Shown piece by piece: positions 22,243 to 36,545 of a DNA stretch of 64,000 nucleotides. The translations under genes were made by a program, and so were the position numbers. Position 1 is the first letter of the stretch. Each line of letters starts with the position of its first letter. Source of the stretch: Chiloscyllium plagiosum (Eukaryota); NCBI RefSeq assembly GCF_004010195.1, contig NC_057750.1, positions 15,246,537 through 15,310,536 of the forward strand. Reading direction: 5' to 3'. Below the pieces are notes generated by a model. The model did no database searches. It saw nothing but the letters and a program-made list of their open reading frames with translations, and was not told the DNA's origin.

Positions 22243-25200
22243 GAATCATAGAGATGTACAGCGTGGAAACAGACCCTTCGGTCCAACCCGTCCATGCCGA
22301 CCAGATATCCCAACCCAATTAGTCCCACCTGCCAGCACCCGGCCCATATCCCTCCAAACCCTTCCTATTCATATACCCACCANNNNNNNNNNNNNNNNNN
22401 NNNNNNNNNNNNNNNNNNNNNNNNNNNNNNNNNNNNNNNNNNNNNNNNNNNNNNNNNNNNNNNNNNNNNNNNNNNNNNNNNNNNNNNNNNNNNNNNNNNN
22501 NNNNNNNNNNNNNNNNNNNNNNNNNNNNNNNNNNNNNNNNNNNNNNNNNNNNNNNNNNNNNNNNNNNNNNNNNNNNNNNNNNNNNNNNNNNNNNNNNNNN
22601 NNNNNNNNNNNNNNNNNNNNNNNNNNNNNNNNNNNNNNNNNNNNNNNNNNNNNNNNNNNNNNNNNNNNNNNNNNNNNNNNNNNNNNNNNNNNNNNNNNNN
22701 NNNNNNNNNNNNNNNNNNNNNNNNNCTAACCAATGTCCTGTACAACCGCAACATGACCTCCCAACTCCTGTATTCAATACTCTGACCAATAAAGGAAAGC
22801 ATACCAAACACCTTCTTCACTATTCTATCTATCTGCAACTCTACTTTCAATGAGCTATGAACCAGTACTTCAGGGTCTCTTTATTCAGCAACACTCCCCA
22901 GGACCTTACCATTAAGTATACAAGTTCTGCTAAGATTTGCTTTCCCAAAATGCAGCACCTCGCATTTATCTAAATTAAACTTCATCTGCCACTCCTCAAC
23001 CCACTGGCTCATCTGATCAAGATCCCATCGTAATCTGAGGTAACCTTCTTCGCTGTCCACTACGCCTCCAATTTTGGTGTCATCACCAAACTTACTAACT
23101 ATACCTCTTATGCTCACATTCAAATCATTTATATAAATGACGAAAAGTAGTGGACCCAGCACTAATTCTTGTGGCACACCACTGGTCACAGGCCTCCAAT
23201 CTGAAAAATAACCCTCTGTCTTCCACCTTTGAGCCAGTTCTGTATCCAAATGACTAGTTCTTCCTGTATTCCATGAGATCTAACCTTGCTAACCAGTGTC
23301 CCATGAGGAACCTTGTTGAACGCCTTAATGAAATCTACATAGATCACGTCCACTGCTCTGCCCTCATTAATCTTCTTTGTTACTTCAAAAACACTCAATC
23401 AAGTTGGTGAGACATGATTTCCCATGCACAAAGCCATGTTGACTATCCCTAATCAGTCCTTTTCAAACACATGTACATCCTGTCCCTCAGGATTCCCTCC
23501 AACAACTTGCCCACCACCAATGTCAGGCTCACCAGTCTATAGTTCCCTTGTCATTACCACCTTTCTTAAATAGTGGCACCACATTAGCCAACCTCCAGTC
23601 TTCCAGCTGTGACTATCGATGATACAAATATCTCAGTAAGAGGCCCAGAAATCACTTCCCTAGCTTCCCATAGAGTTCTAGGGTACACCTGATCAGGTCC
23701 TGGGGATTTATCCACTTTTATGTGTTTCAAGACATCCAGCACTTCCTTCTCTGTAATCTGGACATTTTTCAAGATGTCACTATCTATTTCCCTATAGTCT
23801 ATATCTTCCATGTGCTTTCCAACATTAAACACTGATACAAAATACTCATTTAGTATCTCCCCCATTTTCTGCAGCTCCCCACAAAAGCCGTGTTGCTGAT
23901 CTTTGAGGGCCCTATTCTCTCCCTCGTTACCCTTTTGTCCTTAACGTATTTGTAAAAACTTTCGGATTCTCCTTAACTCTAAGGAGAATCCAAAGCTATC
24001 TCATGTCCCCTTCTTGCCCTCCTGATTTCTCTCTTAAGTATATTCCTACTGCTTTTATACTCTTCTCAGGATTTACTCGATCTATCCTGCCTATACCTGA
24101 CATATGCTTCCCTCGTTTTCTTAACCAAACCCTCAATTTCTTTAGTCATTCAACATTTCCTATACCTACCAGCCTTTCCTTTCACCCTGACAGGAATATA
24201 ATTTCTCTGGACTCTCGTTATCTCATTTCTGAAGGCTTCCCATTTTCCAAGGGTCATTTTACCTGCAAACACCTGCCCCCAATCAGCTTTCGAAAGTTCT
24301 TGCCTAACACCGTCAAAATTAGCCTTCCTCCAATTTAGAACTTCAGCTTTTAAATCTGGTCTATGCTTTTCTATCACTATTTTAAAACCAATAGAATTAT
24401 GATCGCTGGCCCCAAAGTGCTGCCCCACTGACACCTCAGTCACCTACTCTGCCTTATTTATCAAGAGTAGGTCAAGTTTTGCACCTTCTCTAATAGGTAC
24501 ATCCACATATTAAATCAGAAAATCTTCCTGTACACACTTAAAAAAATTCTCTCCATCTAAACCCTCAACACTATGGCAGTCTCAGTCTATGTTTGAAAAG
24601 TTAAAATCCTCTAGCATAACCATCTTATTATTCTTTCAGATAACCAAGATGTCCTTGCAAATTTGTTTCTCAATTTCCTGCTGACTGTTGGGGGGTCTAT
24701 AATACAATCCCAATAAGGTGATCATCCCTCTCTTATTTCTCAGTTCAACTCAAATAACTTCCCTGGATATATTTCTGGGAATGTTATCCCTTATCAAAAA
24801 TGATATTCGCCCTCCTCTCTTGCCTCCCTTTCTATCCTTTCTGTAGCATTTGTATCCTGGAACATTAAGCTGCCAGTCCTGCCCATCCCTCAGCCATGTT
24901 TCTGTCATTGCTAAGATATCCCAGTCCCATGTTCCTAACCATGCCCTGAGTTCATCTGCCTTCCCTGTTAGGCCTCTTGCATTGAAATAAATACAGTTTA
25001 ATATATCAGTCCTACGTTGTTCTCTGCTTTGTCCCTGCCTGCCCTGACTGTTTGACTTGCTTCTTTTATCAACTGTACTGGTCTCAGATTGATCTCTTTC
25101 ATCACTATTTCCCTTACTCCCACCCCCACCTGACCTGTTTAAATCCTCCTGAGCAACTCTAGCAGATCTCCCTGCCAGTTTATTAGTCCCCTTCCAATTC

Positions 25201-25530
25201 AGGTCCTGCTACCCCAGAAGAGATTCCAATGACCCAAAAATGTAAATCCTTCTCCCATACACCAGCTCCTCAGCCACACATTTATCTGCTTTATCCTTCT
25301 ATTCCTACCCTCACTAGCTCATAGCACCCAGAGTAATCCAGATACTACTACCTTTGAGTTTTTAAATTCCTGCCTAACTGTATTCTCCCTTCAGAATCTC
25401 ATCTTTTTCCCTTCCTATGGGATTGGTTCCAATGTGTACAATGATCTCCTGCTTGTCCCTCTGAGAACATTCTGCAAGGTCTCTGAGACATCCTTGACCC
25501 TGGCACCAGAGAGGCACCTCTTGGTCAGAA
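22243..25530 (-). mobile_element. Near full-length degenerate CR1 LINE (spans an N gap)
   Basis: ORF1 esterase remnant IIVHIGTN (25374-25601), endonuclease GASDHN, RT GVPQELVLGP and KFGDDTKIGG, HER1-like tail at about 22243. Confidence 0.9.
22383..22725. other. Assembly gap
   Basis: Run of N. Confidence 1.
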
Positions 25531-26974
25531 GGCTCCTGTTCCAGATCTGTGTCATAACATTCCTGAACAAGTTGATTGGAAATATCTACACCATGTATCA
25601 TTTGTAAGTTTTACTGGTTTTCCCTTCTGTATGTGTTGCATAATCACCTCACAACTCACAGGCTTACTCTTGCTCCTGCTATGAACGATTGGAAACTAAG
25701 TCCTTGGAATGTCCACAAATTTCCAGACTTTTAAACTCACATTTAGGGTTACCATTGCGGAATTACCTGACATAGAATTATCGAGAAATCTCCAGAGTAC
25801 CAGAGCAAGCAACAAATGAGAAAAAAACCATGGAACTTTAAAGCATAGCATTTTTTGCATGACCTGTGAATACTTTTCAGCAGTTATAAAAATGCTGTGA
25901 ATTACAGACATGCTGGGGGATAGGAAATAGTTGGTTCCTCACTTTTCCAAATGTTGATAGCACTGCATGTCACTTTATCACTTAAATTTGAGTTGGTAAG
26001 TTCTTCAACATTGCTGCAGATAAAACTAACTAAATGACATTTTTCATTCCGTAACAACCTTCAATTACTTATTTGCATTAAATAAAAAATATTCATCATT
26101 GTTTACGTACTGTCACTTGAGTCCAAAAATGTGCAGGTTAGGTGGATTAGCCGTAGGAAAGGCAAGGGTACAGGAATAGGTAAGAGGAATGGGTCTGGGT
26201 GGGATGATCTTCAGAGGGTTAGTGTGGATTTGATGAGCCGAATGGCCTAATTCCACACTGTAGGGATTCTATGAAGATGTATTCAGTGACTGAAAGCTAG
26301 AAAAATCTGACCATTTGACTCCATGAAACGTCCACTGGTGTCAGATTAATGGATGATGCATTTCTCCTTGGGAGGTGATTATCACTGGCTGGCTCCATTT
26401 CCAACTCCCTCTGAGGAGATAATAGTGATCACCTCCTCGAACTATTGCAGTCCTTGGAGAGTAGGTACACCCATGGTGTTGTTTGAGAAGTAATTGGATG
26501 TGCTGATGTTGGAGGGTTAAGTAATGATTGGAATGGGATAATAATGATGCTGGGATGAAGGTCTTGTTATATGAGCAGCATCTGAGGATGGTGGCTGATG
26601 ATGGAGCTCAGAAGGACAAGGGGGGAATCTCATTGAAACATACAGAATGTTGAGCAGCCTGGACAGATTAGATGTGAAGATGATGTTTCCAATCGTGGGG
26701 ATGACTAGGACTTGAGGGCATTGCTCAGTGAAGGGATGATCCTTTAGAACTGAAATGAGGAGGATTTGTTCAGCCAGAGGAAAGCTAATCTGTGGAACTC
26801 ATTGTCACACAGGGCTGCGAAGGTCAAGTCATTGAATGTATTTAAGACTGGTGGTCAGGTTCTTGATTAATTTGGGGGTGGGGGGAGGGATTAAGGGTTA
26901 CAGAGAGAAGGCAGGAGAATAGGGTTGAGAAACAGATCAGCCATGTCAATAAGCTCAATGAGAGAGAGATGAGA

Positions 26975-27400
26975 TATTAACATTTGAGGGGACCATTCAA
27001 GAGTCTGATAACAGCAGGGAAGAAGCTGTTCTTGAATGTCTTCGCACATGTATTCAAACTTTCATATCTTCTACCTGTAAAAAGGTGGAAGTGAGTATAA
27101 CCAGGTTGGGAGGGATCTTTGATTATGTTGGCTGCTTTCCTGATATAGCAGGAAGTACAGATGGCGATAATGGACTGGACTGCGTTCACAACTCTGCAAT
27201 TCCTTACAGTTTTAGGAAGAGCAATTGTCATAGCACACTGATGCATCCGGATAGGATGCTTTATATGGTGCATCTACAAAAGTTGCTGAGTGTCTTTGGG
27301 GACATGCCAAATTTCCTTAGCCTCCTGAGGAAGTAGAGACATTGTTTTGCTTTCTGGAGTGTCACGTTGATGTGGCAGACCAGCTCAGATTGTTGGTGAC
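26975..27400 (-). mobile_element. Rex1/Babar-like LINE 3' fragment
   Basis: KAKQCLYFLRRLRKFGMSPKTLSNFCRCTI and KAANIIKDPSQPG...KNSFFPAVIRLLN. Confidence 0.75.
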
Positions 27401-27850
27401 CATATATTGCTCTAAAAAAATTGCTCTGGAACTTTTCATCTTGCACTCAGGAGGACAGATGTAAGCATGTGAAATTCCAAAGCGAGCAATAATTTATACC
27501 ATGAGAAAAGGGTGCAGACTGGTTGGTAAATTGGTTAAGGCATTCATGAATGCACTAGGGAAGTACAAGCCCATATGTCTAATGTGATGCCTGGTCATGT
27601 TCCTTTTCCTGTAGATAAATCAGTGAGAGATTACATATAGGTCCCAGATGTGTTACAGAGACAATCTTAACTTGTCAGCATAATTATCAGAATTGTTCTG
27701 TAAGTGTTAAACAAAGTGGTTAATGCACAGAATGCAATGTTTCTGTAGAAAAACCTTGAGTAGTCAACCAACCTCTCATCCAACTAGATACAGTATAAAT
27801 TGTTGCAGTCTTTGAAATTTGGCATTCTTGCACTTATATCCAGATGAATG

Positions 27851-28576
27851 TTGCTGAACAGAGAGACCTTGGAGTGGAGGTTCGTATTTCCTTGAACGTA
27901 TCTAGAGTCGCAGGTAGATAGGATAGTGAAGAAAGCATTTAGTATGCTTTCCTTTATTGGTCAGAGCACTGAATACAGGAATTGGGAAGCCATGTTGCAG
28001 CTATACAGGATATTGGTTAGGCCACTTTTGGAATACTGCTTGCAATTCTGGACTCCTTCCTGTTGGAACAATGTTGTGAAACTTGAAAGGGTTCAGAAAA
28101 GGTTTACAAGGATGATGCCAGGGTTGGAGGGTTTGAGCTACAGGGAGAGGATGAACAGGCTGGGGCTGTTTTCCCTGAAGCGTCAGAGGCTGAGGGGTGA
28201 CTTTGTAGAGATTTATAATATCATGAGGGACATGGTTAGGATAAATAGACGAAGTATTTTCTCTGGGGTAGGACAGTCTAGAACTAGAGTGTACAGATTT
28301 AGGGTGAGAGGGGAAAGGTATAAAAGAGACCAAAGGGGTAACCTTTTCACACAGAAGGTGGTGCATGTTTGGAATGAGCTGCGAGAGGAAATGATGCAGG
28401 CCAGTACAATTGTAACATTCAAAAGGCATCTGGATGGGTATATGAATAGGAAGGGTTTAGAGGAATATGGGCCAAGTGCTGTCAAATGGGACTAGATTAG
28501 ATTAGGATATCTGGTCAGCCTGGATGAGTTGGACCGAAGGGTCTGTTTCCATGCTGTACGTCTCTAAGACTCTATG
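27851..28576 (+). mobile_element. CR1 LINE 3' fragment
   Basis: 189-aa ORF LYRILVRPLLEYCLQFW...FKRHLDGYM; HER1-like tail. Confidence 0.9.
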
Positions 28577-31500
28577 AATGCTACAGGATAAACTTCAATA
28601 GTATGTCTCTTTCAGCTATGCTCATGTTCTGTACCAACTACTTGACGAGGATCCTCATTATACGCTGGCAGTGGAAACCTGCCGAAGTTTAAAGATGACA
28701 GACAGGTCATCACTGCAACACTGACAAGATGGCCTTTGAGGTCCATTAATGTTCTTAAATCAAGAGGCATCGTCTATCATTAGCAAATACAATATAAACA
28801 TCAGCAAAACTAAGATTTGATTACAAAGTGGAGCATTTATGTCTGTGATTAAGAACGTCTGCTTATTTTATCCTTCATAAATCTCTCAGTGCTTTGAACT
28901 CAGTCAAATTATATGACAACGCCCTGAGATTGGATTGTAACAAGGATGACAAAAATGTAGTACCCTTAGAATCTAGAGGCCAAGGCTAATGGATAGATTC
29001 AAATCCCAACATATTGCAGCTTGTAAAATTTAAAGTACTATAGCAGTCCCAAAAATGGTGACAACAAGCCACAATTGTTGCAAAAAAAAATGTAAAAAAT
29101 CAGGTTCACTAATGTCCGTTAGGGAATGAAATCTGCTGTCATTGTGTCTCCAGACCCACAGCAATGACTCCAAACTGCCCTCTGAAATAGCGAGAACAAT
29201 ACTGGCCTCATCAGTACAGCCCACATCCCATGAAAAATATTGGCACTGAATCCATCCCTTATAACAGAGTCGTCAATAATGTGTCAGAATTAATTACACT
29301 CAACATTCACTCTTTAAGGTGACTGTGTATTGGTTAAATATCAGAAAATGTGAATGTGACTTATATAGAGTTAAACACAAGGTGTCTATAAAGTTCCATT
29401 TAACATTGTGTGCCAAAATTCTGAAGGAGGTTTTAAGTTTTGCTATATGTCAGCTTCTGATCCACTTTTTATAAGATTTAGAAGGGTTTTGCAAAGGGTT
29501 AAAATTTGATCATGAACAGCACCTGATCAGCTGGGGGCTGATTGTTATTCAACCAGATGGGAAATCAGTGATGAAAGGGTTTTCTATCATCACCATGACA
29601 ACTGGAGGCATCCTATTCTTGGAATCTATCAAGTGTAAAACTACTTTGAGTTACTAAAATAAGTGGACAGTGAGAAGTTTTGACTACAATTACAAAAGAT
29701 GAATAAAAGATTTAACTAAAATCATGGTGAATCTGAATTTTCTTTGTAGGGATATCCTTTTACATGCTTGGTCTTAGGCACATCTTAAGCAAACAAGCAA
29801 AAAACAGCTCTCTCTTTTCCCAACATCATCCAAACATTAGCAGAAATATGTGATAATCAAAGCATGGTTTTGGTTTACAGTATTTTAACAAAATTTCATT
29901 TTCGAAGGGATGACTGTTGTTCACTACTGGAGTCTTGGTTACTGTACCCGTACTGCTGACCCTTAAACCAGCAGTGTTGAAAATAGTAAAACTCATGCCT
30001 TTAATAATACCATTTTAAAAGGTGGCCTTACATTAGAAATCAAAGATAAGTTATAGCCTTTTTGGTTTACATTTATTGACACTTGACTGGGAAATCATAT
30101 TTATGACTAGCACTCTATCAAAGACATTTGTGCATTTAATTTTCTTACATTCAATTGCTTAATCCACAAAATGCAATACATCACCATGAAATGTTTATTT
30201 CTATATGTGGTTTGAAATAAGAATATAGGAAATGGGAGTAGGTTTTTTTGTAAAACTTCACTCATGACGTGGGTGTCGCTGGCTGGATAGCATTTATTGC
30301 CCATTCCTAGTTGCCCTGGATATTTGCCTATTTGACCCATTGAGCCTGTTCTGCCATTTAAACAGATCAAAGCTTATCTATCACCTCAGTCATTTCCCCC
30401 AATTATCACTGTATTCCTTGAAATCATCCCTACCCAGATTCAATAGGTTTGTGTCTTGACCATACTCAACGGTTGAGTGTTTACAACCCTCTGGTGTACA
30501 AAATTCCAAAGATTCACCATTGCCATGGAGGAATTTCTCCTCACCTCAGTCTTAAGTGACTTAGACTGCATTTTAACACTGCTGCCACCCCACCCCTTGT
30601 TGGAGTTGGCGGGACATCCTATCCACATTAACCCTATCAAATCCTGAGAGAATTTTGTAAGCTCCAATGAGATGGCCTCACATTCTTTGAAACTCCAGGG
30701 AACACATGCCCAGGTTCCTCAATCTCTCAAGATAATTCTACTAACCCTAGAATCAACCTTGATTCCAGGAAAAGATAAAGCTGCATTTCTGTAGCATTTT
30801 CCATGACCACAAGGTGTCTCATTGGGCTTCACAGCCACCAACATAATATATTTACACTAGTTACAATTCTAAAACTGTCAAATTAATTTCAAGAGAGATT
30901 CGTGCAAAGGTGCATTTGTTGGAAAGGGTAAAGAGGTCATTCACTCCTTGCAAAATAAGTTGGAATAGAGCAGCAAACGGATCTAGGAACTTAATGTTTA
31001 AAAAGTAGAAAAATCAGTTCAGAAATCTACAAAAAGGTGAGCACAGCAATGGAGTTCATTTCAAGGGGAGCAAGACTGAATATCAGGGAAGTTCTGTTAA
31101 ACTAAAATTACATTCTTCAGCCCACGTTCAAGAAAGCTGCACCCACTTCTGGACCCCACATTACAAAAGTGATAGAGGCATCGGAGATATTGCAAACAGG
31201 ACTCAGAAAGATGATACCTTCTGAGGTTAGAGGTTATAACCATCAGGACAGACTGAACAAGCCAGGCTCCTCTTATTCTAAGGAGATAGCTCATTGAAAT
31301 CTTTACAATATGAAGGGGTTTAACTGGGTAGATTTGGAGAAAATATTTTCCCGAGGGGGGGAAAACGAAAGCTGTGTAAGAACGTGGAAATATGATTAGT
31401 AAGCTATGCGGCATTTCAAATCTGCTTCAACCCCACCATCTCCACAGCCCTCAATTCCATTTGTATAATTTTAAAACAATCTGTTGAGTTTGGTTTTAAG

Positions 31501-32571
31501 TATTGCCGATGGCAAATCATCTACAGCTCTCCGAACAGAATGGAGGATTTACAATCATATGTGTGGAGAAATATCTCGCTTCTAAATAGATTAGACTCCT
31601 TACAGTGTGGAAACAGGCCAGTCCACGCTGAAGCTTAAAGTGGACACTGGGGCCCTATGCTCCAAACATCTGCCTGTCCCAGCATCTAATTTGTGAAGCC
31701 CAAGTTGCAATGAAGTCATTTTTCATTCCTCCAAATTCTATGGAATTTGGGTTTGTTGTATTCAATCTCTCCTCAATGGACAATCGTGTCATCCAGGAAT
31801 CAGTCCAGAGAATCTTCATTGCACTCCCTCCAAATTCATCCTTCTAGAGGAGATCATAACTGTATACAGTACGCCTGGTGTGCTCTCACAAAGCCCTATA
31901 CAACTGCAGTTAAGATTTCTTTACTCACATTGCAATAATTTTTGCAATACAAATTAATTAACATACCATGCAATTACTTGCTGTGACTGGTGTATAATAA
32001 CACTTGGCTCTCTAGGAATATTGACACTTCCCAATCTCTCACTTTTAAAAAAACACTGCTTTTCTTTTCTTCCTCCTGCAGTGGATAGCATCATGTTCCC
32101 ACATTATTTTTCACCTGCTACACTCTCTCCTACTAACCTAACCTACATCCCTTTGGAGCCTTTGTGCTTCCTTCTCACAGCTAACTTTGCCTCCTTTATC
32201 AAATGCTTTTTGAAATCCAGGTAGATTAAATGCTGGTTTCCCCTTCATCTGCCCTCCTGGTCACACCCCTTTAAAATAAAGGACAGTTTTTATATCTCTT
32301 TCAGCAATCATGTCGGATTCCGAATGGTCTGTGTGACTAATTGGCCTATGGCTGTGTTTTTGCACTCCCATTTCTTTCGTTGTGGGTTATGTTTCAAGCT
32401 GTGGCATTGGTTCAGAAAAGGTGTGAAGGCTGCCCTGGAACAAGGTGCAAGGGCTCCACACAGACACTGAAAAGAAAACATGCCACATGCATCGCAAGAT
32501 AGCCAAAGAGCACTTGACAAAATAAAACACTGAAGTAGAAGAAAGTAACTTGGAGAGATTTCAGTTGATGC

Positions 32572-32577
32572 TTTATT
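32572..32577 (-). terminator. Candidate polyadenylation signal of the MTA1-like gene
   Basis: AATAAA on the minus strand after about 1 kb of non-repetitive AU-rich sequence, followed by U-rich sequence; other AATAAA at 33617-33622, 30194-30199 and 30072-30077. Confidence 0.35.
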
Positions 32578-33638
32578 ATTTTTGTATGGCTAAGGATGAG
32601 CTTCATTTGACTATTCCAAGAGGGACACCGAGTCCAGGTTGCCCCAGTGGGGACACTGCACGTCCTTAAGCTGTTACAAAGAGAATCAGTAAAACTTTAC
32701 ATCCACTGCCCCTCCCTGAATCCTATGGAATGACTGAATAACACTAACTTACCAACTACATTAGCAGTGTATGTACATATCAGCACACTAAACTATAGAA
32801 CCTTGTAGTAGGAATATATCTCACTGTGAAAATCAGGGTGCTTCAAACACAACCCAAGTCAGAAACATGGAAAAATATTTTGTACATAATTATTCACTGT
32901 GAAACTTGCAATAACGAATCTCAAGTGATGAAAAGATTCAAGGTCATACATGAAAAAAAGTCTTTTAAGAAAGTTTTTTTCCCTCTTCGGTTCCACTGGA
33001 AAACTGCACCATTTTAAATGGGTTCAAGGATACAATATACAGTGTAACATGCAAAAACAATGCACTGCATTAACTGCACGCCAACCAGTTCATAAAAACA
33101 AAACTTGCTTCTTAAACCGAGGAGAAACGGCACCTCCTTAAACTATTACAGACAATTCTCAAAATAAAAGGAATTCTTAAAATCTTTTTCTTTACTTTTC
33201 TTTTTCTTTAAAAAAAACCTTTTACCAAGCCATAGACAACCACATTGTTCTGGGAGCCCCAGCAGCACAGACTGGAGCAAGAGGATAGTTCAAAGAACAA
33301 AGAGAACCACAGGCCATTCAGGTTCGCAAATAACATCACGAGGCAGCTCCGCTTCCTGCAGGAACAAAAACAAAGGTAGTAGCCACCGAGAAGGGGTGGA
33401 AGAGGCTGTCGGAGCTGCCATTAACTGTAGCCATCAGCTACTCTGTCCACTGCCACTGTCCACTCTGGAAGGACATTGGAAATCTAACTCAAATAATAAT
33501 CCTTCAAATTGATCTTAAACGTGAGGCTGACAAGCACTTGATTTGGAGTCTAGTTCAGGAGCTCTACTTCATGCGCACTGAAGGTTCAAGTATAACAGGG
33601 ACTACAAGTCTCTCGCTTTATTAAAACTCCACTTTGCA

Positions 33639-33789
33639 TTAATCCTCGATGACAATTGGTTCTTCATTCATGGGCTGCCTGGGTTGTTGCGATGCAGAAG
33701 ATGTACGTCCTTGTCGAATTAGAATCTGTCTGTAGGGCTGACGCGCTGCCCGCTTCATATCGACAGGACCCAGCATCTTACGCACTTTC
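33639..33789 (-). CDS. MTA1-like terminal coding exon (R2 RBBP4/7-binding motif, PIVIED end)
   Basis: attag|(R)KVRKMLGPVDMKRAARQPYRQILIRQGRTSSASQQPRQPMNEEPIVIED-TAA; 151 nt; frame consistent across all 11 exons. Confidence 0.93.
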
Positions 33790-34269
33790 CTAATTTCAAA
33801 GGGAAAAAGACAATACTAAATAAAACTGCAAATTGTACAACAGACAAACTTTCCAACTGAAAGAGCGGTTTCAGTTCAGGTTTGATCAGAAAACTAATAG
33901 TCTAGCTTCGGAGACCAAATCAACTACCTGCAAACTAACCTACTCCCGAATCATCCTGACCTTACCACTTCCCCATTTTGTCTCTCAGCACACTGACCAT
34001 TGGCTGATCACTCCTCATTCTGTAAATCTCAGAGTAAAAGATCCCCCTAGTAGTGATCAAAACACGACAGAATTTAATATTCATTTTGAGTGAGAGCAAC
34101 TTGAGTCGCAAACAACTCTGTTTAACTTAAATAAGGGGAATTACAATGAAACAAGGATAGGTCGTTGAAGTGAACGGGAGGATAGATTAGCAGGAAAGAC
34201 AGTAAGCATGAATGTTTAAGGAGGTAACCCATGACTCAGCAAAAATGCATGCCAGCACGGAAGAAAGAT

Positions 34270-34960
34270 GAGGTCATAGATTTGTTTGCTGAGCTGGTGT
34301 GGTTTTCTGCAGATGTTTCATTGCCTCACTAGGTGACATCATCAGTGTGTCTTCGATAAAGTGTTGGTGGTCTGTCCCGCCTGACATTTATGTGTCTCTG
34401 TTTTTTGGTACCGCCGTTTCTGTATCTGAGTGGCTTGTAAATGGGGTCCAGTTCAATTTGTTTATTGAGTGACTTATAATTGGATTGCCAGGCTTCAGGG
34501 AATTCTCTCCATTTTGCCCCTGCTACAATGGTTACATTGTCCAAGTTGAACATGTGTCCTTCGTTGTCTGTGGGGTTGGAAATGAGTGTGTACTGGCCAT
34601 GTCAGGAGTGGTGAGTTGATGAGAGTGCACTTGTATAGTCAGTTTTCTTCCTGTTTGTATGATGTGGTGTTTATCAGTCTTTGCAGGATATATTGTAGAT
34701 AATGTTAAAGACCCAACACCCACATCCAACAGGATGAACTTTAGAGAGGAGCTGGTGAGAAGTGTTTGTCAATTTGTGGGTCACTAACATTCCTTGGGGT
34801 CTGAGTAGTCCGGTAGTCACTTCTGATATTTCTTTGATGTACAGCATTGTCACTTTCGTGTTTGGTTGTGTAGTGTTTTCTTCTTTAGGTTTGTGGCATA
34901 AGTATCGGCGAACAAATCTACAACCTCATCCACAACCTGAGCTACAAATCTTTTCAAAGA
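34270..34960 (-). mobile_element. Degenerate Penelope-like element
   Basis: QTGRKL GIY-YIG-like remnant; CTGATGA T GTCACC...GAAACATC motif at about 34308-34348; related to the 650-949 family. Confidence 0.65.
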
Positions 34961-34989
34961 ATCTTTCCTCCTCTAGAGTTTAAGAGAGG

Positions 34990-36060
34990 GATAAAACAAC
35001 CATGGCTGACTGAGCAAGTTAAAAACAGCATTAAGTTGAAAGGAAAATCATGAGGAAACAAAAGTTAGTGATAGCCCTGAAGACTACAATAAATTCAGAA
35101 ACAAAAGACCAAAAAGATAGTAAAAGGGGAAGAAAAGAGGGCAATTTAGTGAGGAATATAAAAACTGACAATAAGAACGCCTTTGAATATACAAGTAGTG
35201 AGGGGGTCAAAGTGAACATAGGCCCCTTAGAAAATGAATTTGGAGAGATGGCTATGGGAAACAAGTAAATGGCAGAGGAATTAGACAGTTATTTTGGAGC
35301 AGCCTTTATGGTGGAAGATACATCAAACATCCCACTAATGCTAAAGAATACAGGGGAGGAATTAAGTACCATCCCCATCATGACAAAACTAGTATTTTGA
35401 CGAACTAATGTGGTTAAAGGCAGATACGTCCTCTGGCTGGATTGCAACTGTTTACAATATATATGAATGACTTGGTGGAAGGAAGCAAATGTACTGCAGC
35501 CATATTTGCAAGAGACAAACATAGGCAGGCTCCGGGATGGATACAAACAGTTTACAGAGAGAGATAATGACAGGTTAAGTGAGTGAACAAAAAGTTGGCA
35601 AATGGAGTATCACATGAGAAAACATGAATGATAACGGTTGATATGGAGGGATCGTCTTATGAGCAAAAGCTAAAAGGTTTGGAACTCTATTCATTGGAGT
35701 TGAGAAGAATGAGAGGTGATGGGATTCTTAAAGGGCTTGACAGGGTAAATGCTGAGAGAATGTTTTCCCTCACAGGAGTGCCTAGGACCAGAGGAGGTCG
35801 CCTTAGAATTAAGGGGCACGAATTTAAGACTGAGATGAGGCAAAATTTCTTTTCCCAGAGGATCGGGTGTCTTTGGAACTCCTTGACACAGAACTGTGGG
35901 GTCAGAGCCCTTGCATATGCTCAAGGATGAGATAGAAAGATTCATCAGCAGATGATGTTATGGGGAAGAAAAGTGAAGGTGCGGAATGTTCGATCAACCA
36001 TGATTCTACCGAATGGCAGATAAGGCTCATAAGGGGCTGAATGGCTCCTCCTATTTGTTA
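34990..36060 (+). mobile_element. Degenerate CR1 LINE fragments
   Basis: IGPLENEFGE and FKTEMRQNFFSQR remnants. Confidence 0.7.
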
Positions 36061-36545
36061 CGGCATAAATTGCAGAACTTACCCATTTTTATATTTCTCA
36101 TTCTTGTTTCCCAACCCTTCTTCAGAGTTAGTCCTTTTGCTAGCCTATTTCTTGTCAAGGTCTCCATCTCTCCTACTCCTCATATCGTCAGCTGATTTTG
36201 GGATGACACTTTGAATCAGCGACCAAATCTGCGATGTGTATTTTTACAACAAACGTCCAGTACAATCAATGGTAGCATACTTTGTTTGGTTGGATTTGAT
36301 TTTCACATGATCATTTCACAGGGGCATAACATGTGTTGAACCACATCAATCTGCTAAGTGGTTTATGACACATGAGGGAACTGGCCTAATGAGCAATACC
36401 CACTTCTCACAAAAAAATTAAAAGTTGCTCATGTTTATTAGCCAGATGTAAATAGGGAGGCCACACAAACAGCAGATCATCACCAAGCTTAGTACACCAC
36501 AGACACAGGATGCTGCCTGTATCATAGAGCAAGTTCAGTCATTAC

